Source of the DNA: Phoronis australis
Lineage: Eukaryota; Animalia; Phoronida
Reading direction: 5' to 3'
NCBI GenBank assembly: GCA_002633005.1
Contig: NMRA01000752.1
Location: 1 to 57,471 of the forward strand
Length of the DNA: 57,471 nucleotides
The notes under the pieces were generated by a model that was not told the origin of the DNA, did no database searches, and was given only the letters and a program-made list of their open reading frames with translations. Shown here piece by piece: positions 37,263 to 51,534 of the stretch (the stretch's first letter is position 1; the number at the start of each line of letters is the position of its first letter). The position numbers and the translations under genes were made by a program.

Positions 37263-40200
37263 TAAAGTCCTTCTCTCAAACTGCCCATGTGGTTCCAGTA
37301 TCCTAAAATACTTACTACATAAAATCTTATTTTCGACACCCGATTTTTAACAGTATTTGACCCTTCTCTGTGAGCGTATAATTACCGGCTATCATCGGTT
37401 ATTTCCATACCCACATTTCCGACTCATCAGTTCAGGAACTTGTCCTGAACGCCGCCATTTTTTCCTTGTAACTGAATGTGCTATGGCTTGCTCGAAAAGT
37501 CTTCATTATTTTGTTTTATTAGTAATATCTCGTGATTCGTTTGCATATGTAGTGTATTTATAGTTTGTAGTTAGTGGTCGTTGATTTTTTTGGAATGTTA
37601 CGCGTACTTAGTATGTTAAAATATTATTGGTGTTTAGTTCCTTACTTAAGCCGGTCGAACCTAGGGACCAATATGGGTCGAACCAATTTTTTCGGTTTTA
37701 TTTTATTCTCGTTTTGAAAAAGTACTTTGCTATCATCGGAAAGGTAGTGCATTCTGCTCAGGAAAAATCGAAAAAGTATCAAAATCGGGGCAAGCAGTGT
37801 AAAGTTATTGCAAGTTTTGTGGCGAAATTTGGGTCACTTTGCTTGGATCGCGTCGGCCATATTGGAGGACAGCGTCAAAGTTACGAGTTTAAAACTTTGT
37901 GTAAATTGTTTTCACCAACAAATTACGGTGAAATTTAGTTAGACATATTTTTACTTACTGCACGATTTAACAGTGTTCACCAAATTTCAGCCTCGCAGTT
38001 GTTACTCGTTAAGTGATAAATGTGCTCACAATTCCCGCTGGCGGCACCGACAACATGGCGACTTTTGCTGAACTGAAAGGCATGTTCAATCGAATACTTT
38101 GTAATTTGTGATGATTTAACGTTGATACATTTTGACAAACGTTGCTACAAAAAGAAACTTTGTTCAATTTTCGTATTTTTTGTGCTAAAATATAAGATGT
38201 ATTCGAATTATTTTCAGGTGATCTTACACTAAGCTAAAAAAATAGTTGAAATAATTTTGAAATGGTTACTTGTTTGACTGTCAACTGCTGTTCAAGACTT
38301 GATTCGGTGTCACAAGATGATTCATATTTTTCAAAATTTTAAGTCTCAATTCCTTTCAAGTCATGTTTTGTAACTTATTGCTTCTTAATTCAGGTTATCA
38401 AGTCAACAATATGAATAATCTTAATTTGAGAAATACTGTAAGCTATATTGGATTGTGAAGCTTCAAGCCTCTAATTCTTGTTCCTTGCAACTTCGTATGA
38501 TTTTATATGATGCTTGTCAAATTCTGGTGTAAGGAAACACTATTCCGTCACCATGGTAGTAGTTACATGTATGTCCACTTTCATATCATGGAAACTGTTG
38601 CTGTTGAATAGTGTTTGTAATGGTAAATGTTGTAAAGTATTGTGCATTTTAAGTTACAAATGTTAAAAGTTTGAATCATTTTGGGTTAAGGTCTGCCTCA
38701 GTCACAGAAGCACGAATTCCGAAAAAAGTAGAAAATGAGACAATATTCCACTAGAAGACAGGAAATACCAAAATTTAGAGTCTGCAATTCATAGCTCTGA
38801 ACATACCCACTGAATCTTATAGTAAAAGATAGACATTCCCAAAAATTCCAGCCCCCCCCATTCTTTTAGGCTTGGTGCGCTATACAAAGTCTGGGAAAAT
38901 CTCTATTGAAAGCCAACAACTTTGCACAGTTCGCGAGAAGTACCCAAGTTCTAAATAAACCTCGTTTGAGCGAGCGCTGAGGCCAGCGACCAGCTAGGCC
39001 TAAGGATAGCCTTGACGCAAACCTGTATAGGCCTACTAACAAGCTGTATTTTGACGATAGTCTTCACTGGTAGCTAGTGACTGAGGCTAATTAAGGTCTG
39101 CCGCGGCAGTGTGACACAGGACTAACCAGCCCGTAATTTCATGCAAGTGTCTGAAACTACCCTTGAATAAATGCAGCATTTATGATTTGACCATTTTACT
39201 TCGACGAAGCAGCTTGCAACCACATGCATTTACCATTCGCCAGTGTCTGGTCTCGATCCGCACCGGGTCCGATAGGCTGCGGTACCGAGTCTGGCAAAAT
39301 AATTTCTGTCAAAAATTTTTCGCCACTTTTCTTCAGCAAATTCGAAAAATTGTCCGTAGTTTGATTTTATTAAACTTAAGGCGCGCTGTCGATTATTTTA
39401 TCCCCGTTTGCTGGCTGGTAACAGTACAGGCACTGCTCCAGTCGCACTGACGGCGTTTTCTCGGCCTGGGTTCCTGAATGAATTGTACTTCCGGGTTCGC
39501 GGCAAGTTCAAAATGGCGGTGGTTATTCGGGTGTGAATCGTGAGTGGCGCGTTCATTTAAACTTTTTTCGAGTACGGATTGTGTATTAGTTAAGGGGTAA
39601 GCACTTCTTGGATCCTTATAACATCCTCTAACCATGTAATAAGGGTTAACAACGCGTGAGAGAAGGACTTTAAGCAACAATCGAGCGACAAACTTCCGTT
39701 TCTTGACACGTTCATACACATCAAAAAGAACGGCAATACCCTTTGTAGGAACTTTGTGAAATTTGACAGATGTGTTTCAATAGAGTCGACAACAGATGAT
39801 GACGAGTTTTAGCCCAATCCGACGATTCTTGTGCCCCCTAGTGACAATTTCATTCTTTACGTTTTCCTGGGTTCATTGGGGGATTTTCATGAAACTTGGC
39901 AAATAGTTTCTGTTAAGGTGGCGACAATGTCTTTCCATTTTCGAACAAATTTTACGTATTGTGTGCCTCCCAATGGGGAGTTTTAACAGTTTCTATTCCA
40001 TTTTTCCGACTGCCTCTGTATCCGCCAAACTGCTTTGAGGATCGTTGTAAAACTTGGCAGATGTATTTCCGATGAGCAGGCCACGCCTGACGTTTATTGG
40101 GGACAAATGAAACAAGAATAATATATATTGTAAGTTGTATTGGGAATTTCAGGGTCATAGCTCTACAAATAAATATTTCATAGAAAGGAAACAGATTGGT

Positions 40201-43021
40201 TCCTTAATTACAAGATATAACACACACATTTAAGATACCCAATGTGTAATTGAGTATCGGATACTAAGTGGCACAAGTTAGCATACTGTACATATAGTAC
40301 CAAATGGGTATTGGCCGTTTGCCTACCAAGTGGGTCGAGCAAAACGGCAAATTCATTAACAAGTACCAAATGGGTACAAACTGTCAAATGGGCAAATATC
40401 AAATAAAGTACCAAGCGAGTACACCAAACAGCCAACTGGGCTATAACAACCTAAAAAGCAGGTTCCGGATAAGCTGAGTGAGCAGACCAGCCGGAGTGAT
40501 AAAAAGAGATATTGTAAGGAACGTGGTGTTGTGGCTCAGTATGTGCCACATGGGCAGGGTTGTTCATGAATGGACAATCCTGTCCACCGCCACAACCCGC
40601 GTGGGGGCCGTGACCCTGGTAGAGGAGTGGCACGGGATAGGGGAAAAGGTAGTCGCAACCAATGGGAAATGGACCGATGCCTTTCCCGGATTTGTCTCCG
40701 TATTGACTGAAGCTCACCTCCCGCACTCCGGAGTTCAGGCGCGACGTTCGACTTGGGGCACAGACACGAGGACAGGTTGGATACCTCACGATGGGCAGTA
40801 CACTACCGCTACTGCAAAGCTTGCAACCCCGGCAGCCACCCCTGGTCGACGATGGGAGCCGGAGTTGTGGTTGCTGTACATTACAGGCACCTCTACTGAC
40901 ACCATACCACACCCACCTACCAGACACTGCTATGCCTTAACTACAAGGGAAATTTCACTACATAACAGTGCAGACACAGACATACCTGGAGGACCTGCAG
41001 TGGTTCCACCCGAGCATCGCATGCTATAGGGACACCCAACGTTAGCAGCCGGGTCTTCCCAGGGTCCAAGCGTCCCCGAAACCCAACTCACCCTCACTCA
41101 TATCGCAGCAAATCCTGGCAAAATTCAGTCGGTTTAGGGCACACTTAATTACTGCAAGTTTAGTGCCCCCTTATTATTTCGAATCTAATTCACCGTGTAG
41201 GAGCTAGGGTACGGCCCAGCTGAACATAACTGACGTTCAGGTTCCTATGTACATGTACGCAGGTCAAGAGGTTATTTGTACTACTTTGGCAGCCCCTGGT
41301 GGCAGTTTTTCGTCTACGGCTGTCTTCATAACTTTTATCAAGATAATTGTGAAACTTGGCTGATGTGTACCTATAGAGCTGACAACATTTTCTAAGACAT
41401 TTCAGATCCATTCGACTACCCCTGTGCCCCCTAGCGGCTGCTTTAAATTTTACGTTTGCTTCTGTATTTTCGGAGTTCATGTATTGATTTTCGTGAAATT
41501 TGGTAAATAGGCTTCTGTTAAGAAGATGACCATAGTCTTGCATTTTCGTATGAATTTGATGTATATTTTGCATCACCTAGTGGTTATTGTTGCTGTCATG
41601 TGCGCATTTCAACGCTTTGCGTCGCTTTCGTTAGTTTTTAGCCCAATGTGAAATTGCTGGTGAAGCAAAAACCCAGGAAGCGAGCCATTTTATTTCTTCT
41701 TAATCGAACGGGAAATACAGGGCACGTGGGTACATGATAACATGTCAATTAGGTAAATAATACAGAAAAACATTACTGCTCAGAAATCGAACTAATTATC
41801 ATATCTAATGAACTCCCAAATATTGCACAAATTAATTATTATAGAAACAATACAAAACAACGATAACACACACACATATATATAAATGCAAACACACCTG
41901 CTGTAGCCACGCAACTTAATACACGAATAGATTTTCGAAAGCTGTGTACATGTAAGCACGCTTGTTAGTAGGGCCTACACTTTTCATTTGTAATTTCAGA
42001 ACAAACAATCAGAAACGAAAGGACATACATGGGCGGCGCAGCACTGAAACAGTGGGGCTATAACCCCCTCAGCTCCCCTGTGGTGCACCGCCTATAAACC
42101 ATATGCGGCGTAGCACTGAAAAAGTGGGGGGCTACAGCCCCCAGCCCCCTATGGTGCGCCGCCCATGTCACATCTTTCCGTAAAATTCATGTACTGTAAC
42201 GTGATTTTAACATCCAAGATGTCTTGTTGAAAATCTCCTAACATGTAACTTGATAGGTTGTCAAATGTTCATGGCTTTCAGATTGGAGGTAGAGACAACG
42301 GGCCAGACTATTCCCAGCATACAACCAGAGTCACGTGTCGATTAGTACATGAAGGAATATGTGTACTTGACGGGTTTGTTAACTGATTTTGCCGAGAAAT
42401 CGCTGGTTGTCTGTAATCGTACCTTTAAAGAGTCTCGCTTGACGATTCCACCATGAACAAAATGACAAAATGAAAACGAAGCAATAGTAGGGAAATGCTT
42501 TCAATGATTCAAAACATTTTGCCGGATGAAATCAAAGATGTAAGAATATGGATCCTACAGGCCTGATTAGGCAACAACCGAACGCTCGCTCGGAAATTCA
42601 CAGTGCAAACTCTCGCAGCCAGTCTCATGAAATCCCGGGATCGCAAGCTCTAACACTAGAACGGGAGTTGGCATTCCTGGTGTGACAAGACTGAACACGA
42701 AGATGTAATTCAACATTGTGACGTATTGGAAGTACGGTAAACCGTGCTTTGGCAATTTCAACCAATCTTTGTACTGTCACCTGCTAATGCTTAATTGGCG
42801 TTACATTTGAGTGATAAAAGCAGGCCGGAACACCTGAAAACTAATACTCTCTGTGTCCTATGGTTATTTCCCTACAGTTGTCGTGTAACTCGATCGCCTA
42901 ACCAGACTTCGTAATTTTTGCTCCAACCTTTTGAGGGTTTGTGATGGTAACTGAACATTATTTTGTTTCAGAGAATAGGATGTGAATGTCGTACATGTAT
43001 TTAATATCCGTCAATAGGCCA

Positions 43022-43186
43022 AAACCGGCCTCTCGTTCAGTAACGCTAGGACCTCGCTAAAAAGCAAGACTTCGCGAGATTACGTGAGATACTGCCGTAC
43101 ATTTTAAATGACAACACGTGACTTTGACTAGGTTTTAGCTAGGTCCTAGCGCAGGTCCTAGCGTCTACTGAACACACGCCTGGTTT
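43022..43186. mobile_element. Small MITE downstream of the EcKL stop codon
   Basis: Inverted arms GTTCAGTAACGCTAGGACCT / AGGTCCTAGCGTCTACTGAAC. Confidence 0.6.
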
Positions 43187-43330
43187 GGTGACCTTTTGAG
43201 CAAAGAATGTCGACCGTACACGTTTACCTTTGCGTGAAGCCTATAGCGGAAGCTCTGATGCTGCTGACGTCATTCGACAATCAACGACACCCGTTGCCAC
43301 AAACTTAAAATTTTTACGAATGCAACTCAA

Positions 43331-44481
43331 CTAAGAAAACCAATTCAGTTCGTCGTCGCAAACCTCAATGAAAAGATTTGATATTCTGTCAAATTGACCA
43401 GCCTTGTGGATTGCATCAATGGTATCTCTTATAAAATCATCTTCCGATATGTTGGCCGATAACGTTGGAACGGATTCAGGATCAACAATCAAAAACGGCA
43501 ATGACATCATAGCGACCACAACACCATACAGTTTCGATGTACGGAAGTGACTTTGAAACTGCTCGTACGTGTAAAGTGGAAAATCAAATTTTAATTCTTT
43601 CACGTGCGCCATAAACTGGTTGTAATACAGACGAAGCAAATCCTCCATATGCTTTTCTCTGGTCTCCCTAGTCATGCTTGTATACAAAAAAACGGCCAAG
43701 TCGAAAGCGGGGTTTTGGTAAACAACCGTCTGAAAATCATAGAATTTAACGCATACGGGTTTAGGTGGTTTTCTGACAACATTTTCGTATTTGAACATCA
43801 TATTTCGACACATGGTATCTCTCATGCATACAGTTGCATAAGGCTCTTTGGGTGCTAATAATTGACGACACAGCTTTGTCAAATGATAACTGGATTCTGG
43901 CTTGAAAAGCTTAGATTTTTCAACAACCGACTTGTTTTGAGATCCATGTGCCGCCATTTCAAGCGAAATACACATAGACAAGTAACAAATTTCACCTATC
44001 CAGTTACAAAAAGTATCGTTGTACATGTTTTCATAAAGTGCGAAAGCAAATTTATCAAAACCTTGAGTGGATTTGATAGCAAATGAAAGGGCATGGAATT
44101 TAGCAAATTCATTCATCACCAGTGCACAATGTTCAAGGTCAAGGCCATCTCTGATACTCGCCATTTTGTATCCCTCATATCTTAGATCATTCATTATAAA
44201 CCAAGGAGGAAATTTTTCATCTTGAAGAAATCCCGCTACAAATCGCGGAATTGAAAGATTTAGCTTTTGGGCCCTGTTCTGTTCAGCATAGCGCTTCATT
44301 TCAGGGAACAGCAGCTGATACGACTGGATCTCTTTAGGATACATCCCAAGTTTCCTGGTCACCTTGCCAATTTCAGTCTCACTGGGGAAGTCTGTCTTTA
44401 CAACCAAGTGGAAATCTTCTTTGTTGTCTTTTGAAATTGTTCGAACTTCAACAGCTACATGGTTACCCAAGCAACCGTCCC
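43331..44481 (-). CDS. Ecdysteroid-kinase-like (EcKL / CHK / DUF227) protein, coding exon 2
   Basis: Open frame after a TTGTAG| acceptor. Contains GDG, LVVKT, KEIQSYQLLFP, IPRF, IMNDLRYEGYKM, GLDLEHCALVMNEFAKFHALS, a Brenner-like MRDTMCRNMMF motif, YDFQ and NPAFDLAVFLYTS. Confidence 0.92.
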
Positions 44482-45100
44482 CTACAATGGCGCATATTGG
44501 TTTGAAAACAGATTGATAATATACAAAACTACTTACACCAAGTTGTAGGTACAGTCTGTATGAGTCTATAGATCGTAGGTCTCATGTTGCGTGTAAACAC
44601 TGTCAGTACAGATTCCACTATTTGTGAGTGTTAGGCTACGGCTGCATCAGCGCCACTGTTCAAGTCGCATTTTCATCGGGGTGTAATCTTTGAACTTGAA
44701 TTTGAACTCAAAATTATTTTCCCCATTTCCGTTTTACTTCGGTGCGAACTCAAAGAAGTGTTTGTTATTCTGTCCTCGAGCACATTGCGTTTTACGTGAA
44801 TAACTGTATAATCTTAGATTGCACGTGATGACCCCAACAGTAAAGCTCTCAGTTCGAGTCTAAACTACAAATATCGAGTTTTTACTCGAAGTCTCAAGTT
44901 TTTTTCCCGAGTTTCTAGCTCAAATCTGGCGGGCATCTTGTGCGAACTTGGGTTAGAAACTCATCTGCTCAAATCATAAAATACTCGAGGAGAATTTCAC
45001 ACGAGAAAAAAGGAAAAAGTTTAAAATAATTTCGAGGTCGCCTACGACTATAAAAATTAGACCCTGGGGTCTGCGTCATGTAAAGTGACTTGAGAATTAA

Positions 45101-45183
45101 TCAAGAGATTTGGTCTAACGGGTCCACGTCGTAATGGCTAAAAGAGATTTGGTCTAACGGGAGCACGTCGCAATTGCTAAAAA
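45101..45183. repeat. ~39-bp tandem duplication
   Basis: AAGAGATTTGGTCTAACGGG..CACGTCG.AAT.GCTAAAA occurs twice. Confidence 0.85.
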
Positions 45184-45886
45184 TCAAATCTCCAAAGAAT
45201 TATGAGCACATCCCAGTGTAGAACTAATTCATAGCCTCCATCTCTGTAACTAGCAGTGTTGAATATATTCTCGGAGACGTAATTAGTACTTTTGTTACAG
45301 TGACATTTATTCACGTTTCAGAGCTTAAGACCAAACTTCTGATTGAAATCTTACTGTAAGTCACTTTTCAGACAAAACAAACCTCATTATTTCTCGTCTG
45401 CCACCGTAAACAGGTGAATGGTTTGACACCAAAGAGAATAATTCAAGAGTGAAACAGCGAAACTCAGGCGAGCTGAAATTTTATTTTTGTCATACTTAAT
45501 CATGCACGTGATCCATAAAATTGTAAAATATGCCATCAGCTTACAATTGTACCATCAAATCAATAAACAAATAATGTTATTGTCAGAAGCAGTTTTATGT
45601 GGAACATTAATTCATTCTAAAAGAGATGAATATAAAAGCAACTGAGATGCTTAAATTGTGTAGCTTTCGTGATTTCAAAACAGCTCCTTATTCGTGAAGA
45701 GCACAATTTCGTTTCTTTTGCCCACCCTGTGAATGAGGACTCTTTAAAAACCGGCATTTGCTTATACATGTAGTTGAATGCAACATTCTTATGTTTGTTG
45801 TCAGTGTAACATTTGGGTGATAATAAGTTCCATGACTAAGGTTGCAGCATTACATAGGACGTAAGAGGGAAACATGAACGCAACTG

Positions 45887-46018
45887 GATAGGACAGCATT
45901 GGTAGATATCCCGTTGTCTGCTCCGCACGATACGGCAGCATAGGATGTATCCCGTTGTCTGCCCCACATGATAGGACAGCATTAGGTAGATATCCCGTTG
46001 TCTGTCCCACACGATAGG
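45887..46018. repeat. ~42-bp minisatellite, 3 units, in the EcKL intron
   Basis: GATAGGACAGCATT.GTAGATATCCCGTTGTCTG repeated. Confidence 0.85.
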
Positions 46019-47523
46019 TCTAAAACCACTGTTCGGGCCTTTGCAGGTCCCCAGAAATGAAGAAAATTGGGTGGGTCAGGTTTGACGGCAAGTCTGTGGA
46101 GTAAATGGCAAGTGATTGCCAGGAATGGTTTTCAGTAGTTCCTTGAAGTTGTTTTGAATAAATGTAGTCCAGAAATTTGGCCTCTTGTCTACCCGGATAC
46201 GGAAGTCCAGCCATTTTCAGGGCACGTAATTGTTAGCGCGAATCCCAATACCCTTAGGCTCCAAAAATCTTGGGTTTAATGACATATATTAACCTTAAGG
46301 TCTGGAATCTAGAGTTCTTGAACATTCGGATTTTTGTCTGCTGGCTTCCACCGGGACAGTTGTGATTTTAGGTACAAAGTAGACAAAACCGCCATTTTTA
46401 GGTCATTTTTGGCACCCCATTTTTACGGTGGGCGTAGTAAAAGAAATAACAAATGACAGTTGAATTTCTCCACCCAATCGAGTGTGCTTTCTGTAAGCTA
46501 GGCATTTGTAGGTGTCTTTTGATAGCGTGTAAACAAGGGCTTTTATTGGCGCAGATCACTTTGATAAGGTCAAAATCAGCCATTCGAATTGAGGTCTTTG
46601 CAATAGAGTTAGTGTCGCTGTAGTACTACATTTTGACCCGCCTTATCAAAATGTGGCAAGGGGCTTTATAGCAAGTCAATGAACTACAGCACTACACCTT
46701 GTGTTCGGCCTTTTGGTCAGTCATGATGAATTCATTTTATAACGGCGGCACTCGGACTATAAGTAGTCTTTATCAAAAGTTAGCTGTTACATTGTACTTT
46801 TCGACAGAATTAGGGTAGTCCTGTAATAACCGTTTTTAAAACAGAAAACTAAATCCGAATTTGGCCTATGAACAGACACTAAATAACTGAAATCTTTTAA
46901 GTGAAGTATTTCTACATGTTAACTATGGCAATCCACCACAATTTAGAGGAGTTTGAAGATTCCTTACGCGGTCTCCTAAATCGGAGCTAGCGTCGCAAAA
47001 CGTTTAAGGCGAGCTACACGACAACCGTGCTAAAAGGCACATGTATAGCATTCAAGTAGTGTTTTTAAACACTTACCTACTTAAAAGTGAGTAAGTTTCT
47101 TTTTAGAATGATGATTTCCTACCGCTGTTACTTGCATGAGTAGGTGACAGAGCCACCTGTCTGTGAATCCACCAAAATACAGTAGAGTTTCTGAATTACA
47201 AGGTGTTCCATAACATGTTCCTGTGCGGCGATGTAAACGATAGCTGGCCAAACATAGGTCTAGTATTTATTATTTATCATAGCGACATTGATGCATCATA
47301 GAATACAATACAAAAACAAACTGACTTTTTATGCAACACAACCCTAGCCTCTTGGGCTTACACGTCACTTGGTTCAAATTAACGTGCAAGCGTTTATAGG
47401 CTACACAATACAGGAAACTGTTGTAGCAATCTAGTGCCCTAATCAAAATCTGCATGTGCCGCGTTACAACGTCAGCTACTCTGTTGGGATTAAGGTATAT
47501 TCACTTTATTCCTGGGCACATAC

Positions 47524-47671
47524 CTTTGCTCAAAAAATCCTCACAGTCAAGATTCTCAATGACAAGACCATCATCACCAGTGAACTCTCGTAGCGAAACT
47601 TCAATTGCAGTTTTGTTCGCGTAGACAAGTTCCTTTCCACAAACCTGGGTGACCGTCTTGTTTTCCGCCAT
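47524..47671 (-). CDS. EcKL coding exon 1 (not in the ORF track)
   Basis: Strong Kozak CCACCATGG. Translates MAENKTVTQVCGKELVYANKTAIEVSLREFTGDDGLVIENLDCEDFLSK, then a G|GTATGT donor. Phase 1 joins GG GAC GGT at 44481 to give SKGDG, the expected EcKL N-lobe motif. Confidence 0.85.
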
Positions 47672-50600
47672 GGTGGTTAAATTGTGAAGCCTAAGCTCAA
47701 GTTATACACCGAGTTGGATGACCTACGTCACTAAGATGTTAGCGATAATGGCGCAACATACGTTTTTCAAAGTAGTACAGTAATCAATGATTCATTAACC
47801 TATATATCCTCTTGTGAGCGGCAGTATAGGTCACAGAATTCACGTTTTCTCGAGTAATAAAACATGACGCGATTCAAACTTCTTTACCTTTGAACAATTT
47901 AAAGAGATTCATTCAGTTTAGAAGAAGTCCTCTGCGTGATGATGGAGTATATTTGATGGAAACACATTTAAGCAGGAAGGCAAAACTTAATGGGGGGGGG
48001 GGCACAACCCCCCTCCATCGCCACCACCTCCGCCACCACCTCCGCCACCCCCCTCGCCCCCGTGCTCCCGATTCCACCATTTTGTAATGAATCTCCACCG
48101 TTCGCCCTAGGTAGGGGGCAAACTTGTGGATTTAGGGGTGGCCAAGGGGTCATGGCCCTCCTAAAATTCTCCCAGATTCCATTTGGCAGTTCGGGGGTGC
48201 GAATTTCTGACGGGTAAAAAAACCCTGCCCCCACTCACAATCCTGGATGCGCCCCTGTTGCAATCCCGGGGATAAAGCCATCAAGAGTTGAGTACTCCGT
48301 GAACCAACACGAAGAGCAAGAATGAGCCTAGGATCAGTACACTGACCGGTAGCGAGGAGCTGCCTTAAGTAGCTGTAGCTGAGATCTAACAGTGTGAAAA
48401 TACGAAATTAGATGAACTAAAGCTAGTTGCTGGTCAGCTCAGCTATGATTCACTTAAAACAGGCAGCTTAGCTCGTACCGGACGTCCGCACTGGCTCTAA
48501 GGTCAAGATTCGTTTTATTGTGATCCAGTTTCGGGAAAACGTAATTTTATCTTGGTCATCATTTGAAGGAGTTTTTTTTGAAAAGGTTAGGTCCCAAAGT
48601 CCCTGGTATAGTGCCTTTGGGGCTGTTTTAAAATGTCTAATTGAAACTCGACCGATAGTTCAGTTTCTGGTGGCTGGGGAAAATGATAGTGTGTCCCAAA
48701 AATCTACACATTTCCTGAACGCCTGGATTTCAAATTCAGTTCCCGTGGATTACTGAGATCTGTGCGGGCCTACTGCATGGTTACATCTTATTTTTAACGT
48801 GGGCACGCCAGTCACGACGGGCACGCGAATCAGGACAAGCAATCAATTCAGTTGTGAAGAACAAAAATTCATTGCTCAATATGACTGGAAACTAAAAACA
48901 CCAAGGAAGTGCGAAGACAACCTTTCCAAGCAATGAGTTTAATTTTATTTATTTAAGAATTTTTAAAACGTTTTTTCTATCTACGGTTTGTGAGTTCGAA
49001 TTTCATCAATGTCTGAGAGTTATTTTAGGTATGCAAAAATTGTCTATAAATGTACTTTACTATTTGGGGATCAGATTAAAGAGTTTTTCCAATTTCAAGC
49101 TGCAATTAAATTCGCTGAAACATCATCAATTCTTACAAAATTAGCTTCTAATAATCAAAAAATCATTTATGAATCTATCGATTTTCGTAGATACATAAAC
49201 AAGTCAATCAGAAACTAACGAATTTGTTTATCAAAACGGAATGTTATAAGCAATTTCTTGGGATATGGGAGATGGAGCTTTCGTACTAAGGTGCATTTTT
49301 CCTCATTTCAGAGGTACCTATTACGGTTCACGAGGTAAACTCGAACTCGAGGTAAACGCTGAAATGTTTGTTTATGATTGCGATAGTTCTTTGTGTACCC
49401 CCTTTCGACATGTACACGATCATCACAAATTGAAGCTTAGACAGCAGCGTTTTTCACATGTGGGAATTCTTTACGAACAACTCATAGTAACTATTTTTAA
49501 AAGATACTACTCTTGTGATACTACGGAAACAGTAACATTATTTTATATAAATTATTACGTTCCGCAAAAGCTTAGCTTTACAAGTTTTCTCGATTTTTCG
49601 AAATATATGTATGATTGATTGCGTGCATGTTTTCAAGTGCGTTTATACGACCTGTGCTGCCAAAACGGAGACCCTAACGACAATGTCCTGGCCAGGGTCC
49701 TCAAAAGGTAAACCATGCACTGGTGCAGAGTTGAGTTTTCTCTCTGCGTATTTCGCAGTCTTTCTTTTCTCGACTGTCTCGGCACCACGCCTATGTCGGT
49801 TGCCACAGTTTAACCCTGACGCCTGAAAATTTTTGGAGGCCCGTGCACCCCCCCGCCCCCGCTTCCTACGGCCTTGCCTTTAAGTGTTTAAAACGGACGT
49901 AGATAGAGCGGTTCGGGCTTACATCCAGTGGCGGATCNGGCAACATGTTGCCTCGGGGAATTGGGCAAAGCGCGAATGGTTGCGGCGGCCAGCCGGAATG
50001 CTTGGAAAATTTACATGACTGTATGATATGGGATCTCAGTCCCCACCCCCTTTTCCGCTACCGATCCTGGTTACTGAACTCAATATTTCCTCACGTTTCA
50101 CGCTGTTGCTGTTTCATTTTGCTTGCCAAGGGGGGGCGGGCCCCCTAAAACCGCCTATGCTTATAATTACCCGTCCTCTTTCCAGCGGTATCCCTCGATT
50201 CACGATTTATGGATGAGCGTCTGTTGAACTCAGTGGGAACTTTTGCGAACATCACTCTTTTCAAATACGACCACGGTCCCTGCATTCGCAATCTTTGCTT
50301 TGTTCTGGGCCTATTCGAAGCTACTATCACAATTCTCCTTGGTTTGAAGAGTTTGCAGTAACTGAAGAGCGTGAAACTTTTTAAAAACTATTTTACAAAA
50401 AACGTGTTTGGTCCTGGTCTGTAGTTGACTCCAAAACTGATGCGGCGACGAAGGGTTGTTTTAGTTACCTTGACTTTATCCCCACATAAGTAGAACGGAA
50501 GACGCTAAACATAATTTCGAGTTAGACTTCTAGCACATTAAATGAATACTACACCCAGTTTCATTGATTTCGACCTAATCTAATTCTGTAACCTGCCGCA

Positions 50601-51534
50601 AATCGCGATTAGCACATCTTTTGGCAGAGATTGGCATTAATCAGCTTAAATGATTCTTCATTAGGTCAGAAAATACAGGTGAGCTGTCATAAAGGTGTCT
50701 AATCTTTTAACGCAAACTTGACCTCTTAGTTATGATAATTTCTGTTTTACCCAAGAGTGAACTCAATATAAATAACAATATCTTTAAAATTTTGCTCGAA
50801 CGCTTTTTGGATTACGCAGTTATACGAAATACTGGTTCTGGCGCCCCCTTTGTTTGTATATTTGTATACTGTCTCGCAACTTCAAAACCAGGTGGTGTAA
50901 ACCAACACTCACCGCAAAAACTCTTATAATGCACTTAATACCTTACCACGGTGTCTGAACTCCAACTACGCTCTGCCACTCTTACAATCAGCATGTTTCG
51001 AGTGTCCAAAATGCTGGCCCAATTTCAACGTTATTTTTCCAGTTGTTTGCGTTAGAATTGTGTGGTAAAAGTGACCGAGTGTGGCTACAGTTCAAGTTCC
51101 GTGACATTGACTTTGGTGCTTTATGAATGGTCGGTAGCTGCATATTGTTTCATATTTTGTGATTTTGTTGTAGAAAAGAAATAAAATGCTTTCCCTCAGT
51201 TCACCCAGACTGGGGAGGAAAAACTGTTGAGTGCCCCTAAGAGGTCTGGTCGTTCCGAAGAGGCGAACATCTCATTAAAACGCAAGAATATGCAAGATTT
51301 CGCGAGATATCGCCATCTATTGAAAGCGAAGCACGTGATTACGCAAATGCTTTTTACGTAGTTATGAACACAGCTGTTTACTTATGAACAGGTCTCACGG
51401 CTATAAACTCAGTTCTCGGACTTGAGAACTCGCCGTGCCCATATTCAAAAAAACCGAAATGAAAGCTGGGTTCACGTCAGTCACCGGACAAATATTTTGA
51501 CATAAATGGGCCACGAACAGGCTCCGGTACTCTT

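Noticed and set aside
43331-44470. Intronless EcKL starting at TTG, suggestive of bacterial horizontal transfer
   Set aside because: An upstream ATG exon with a Kozak context and a phase-matched intron exists at 47524-47671.
47890-48234. Short Pro/His/Arg-rich ORFs
   Set aside because: They arise from CCGCCACCACCT repeats in a GC-rich MITE-like tract.
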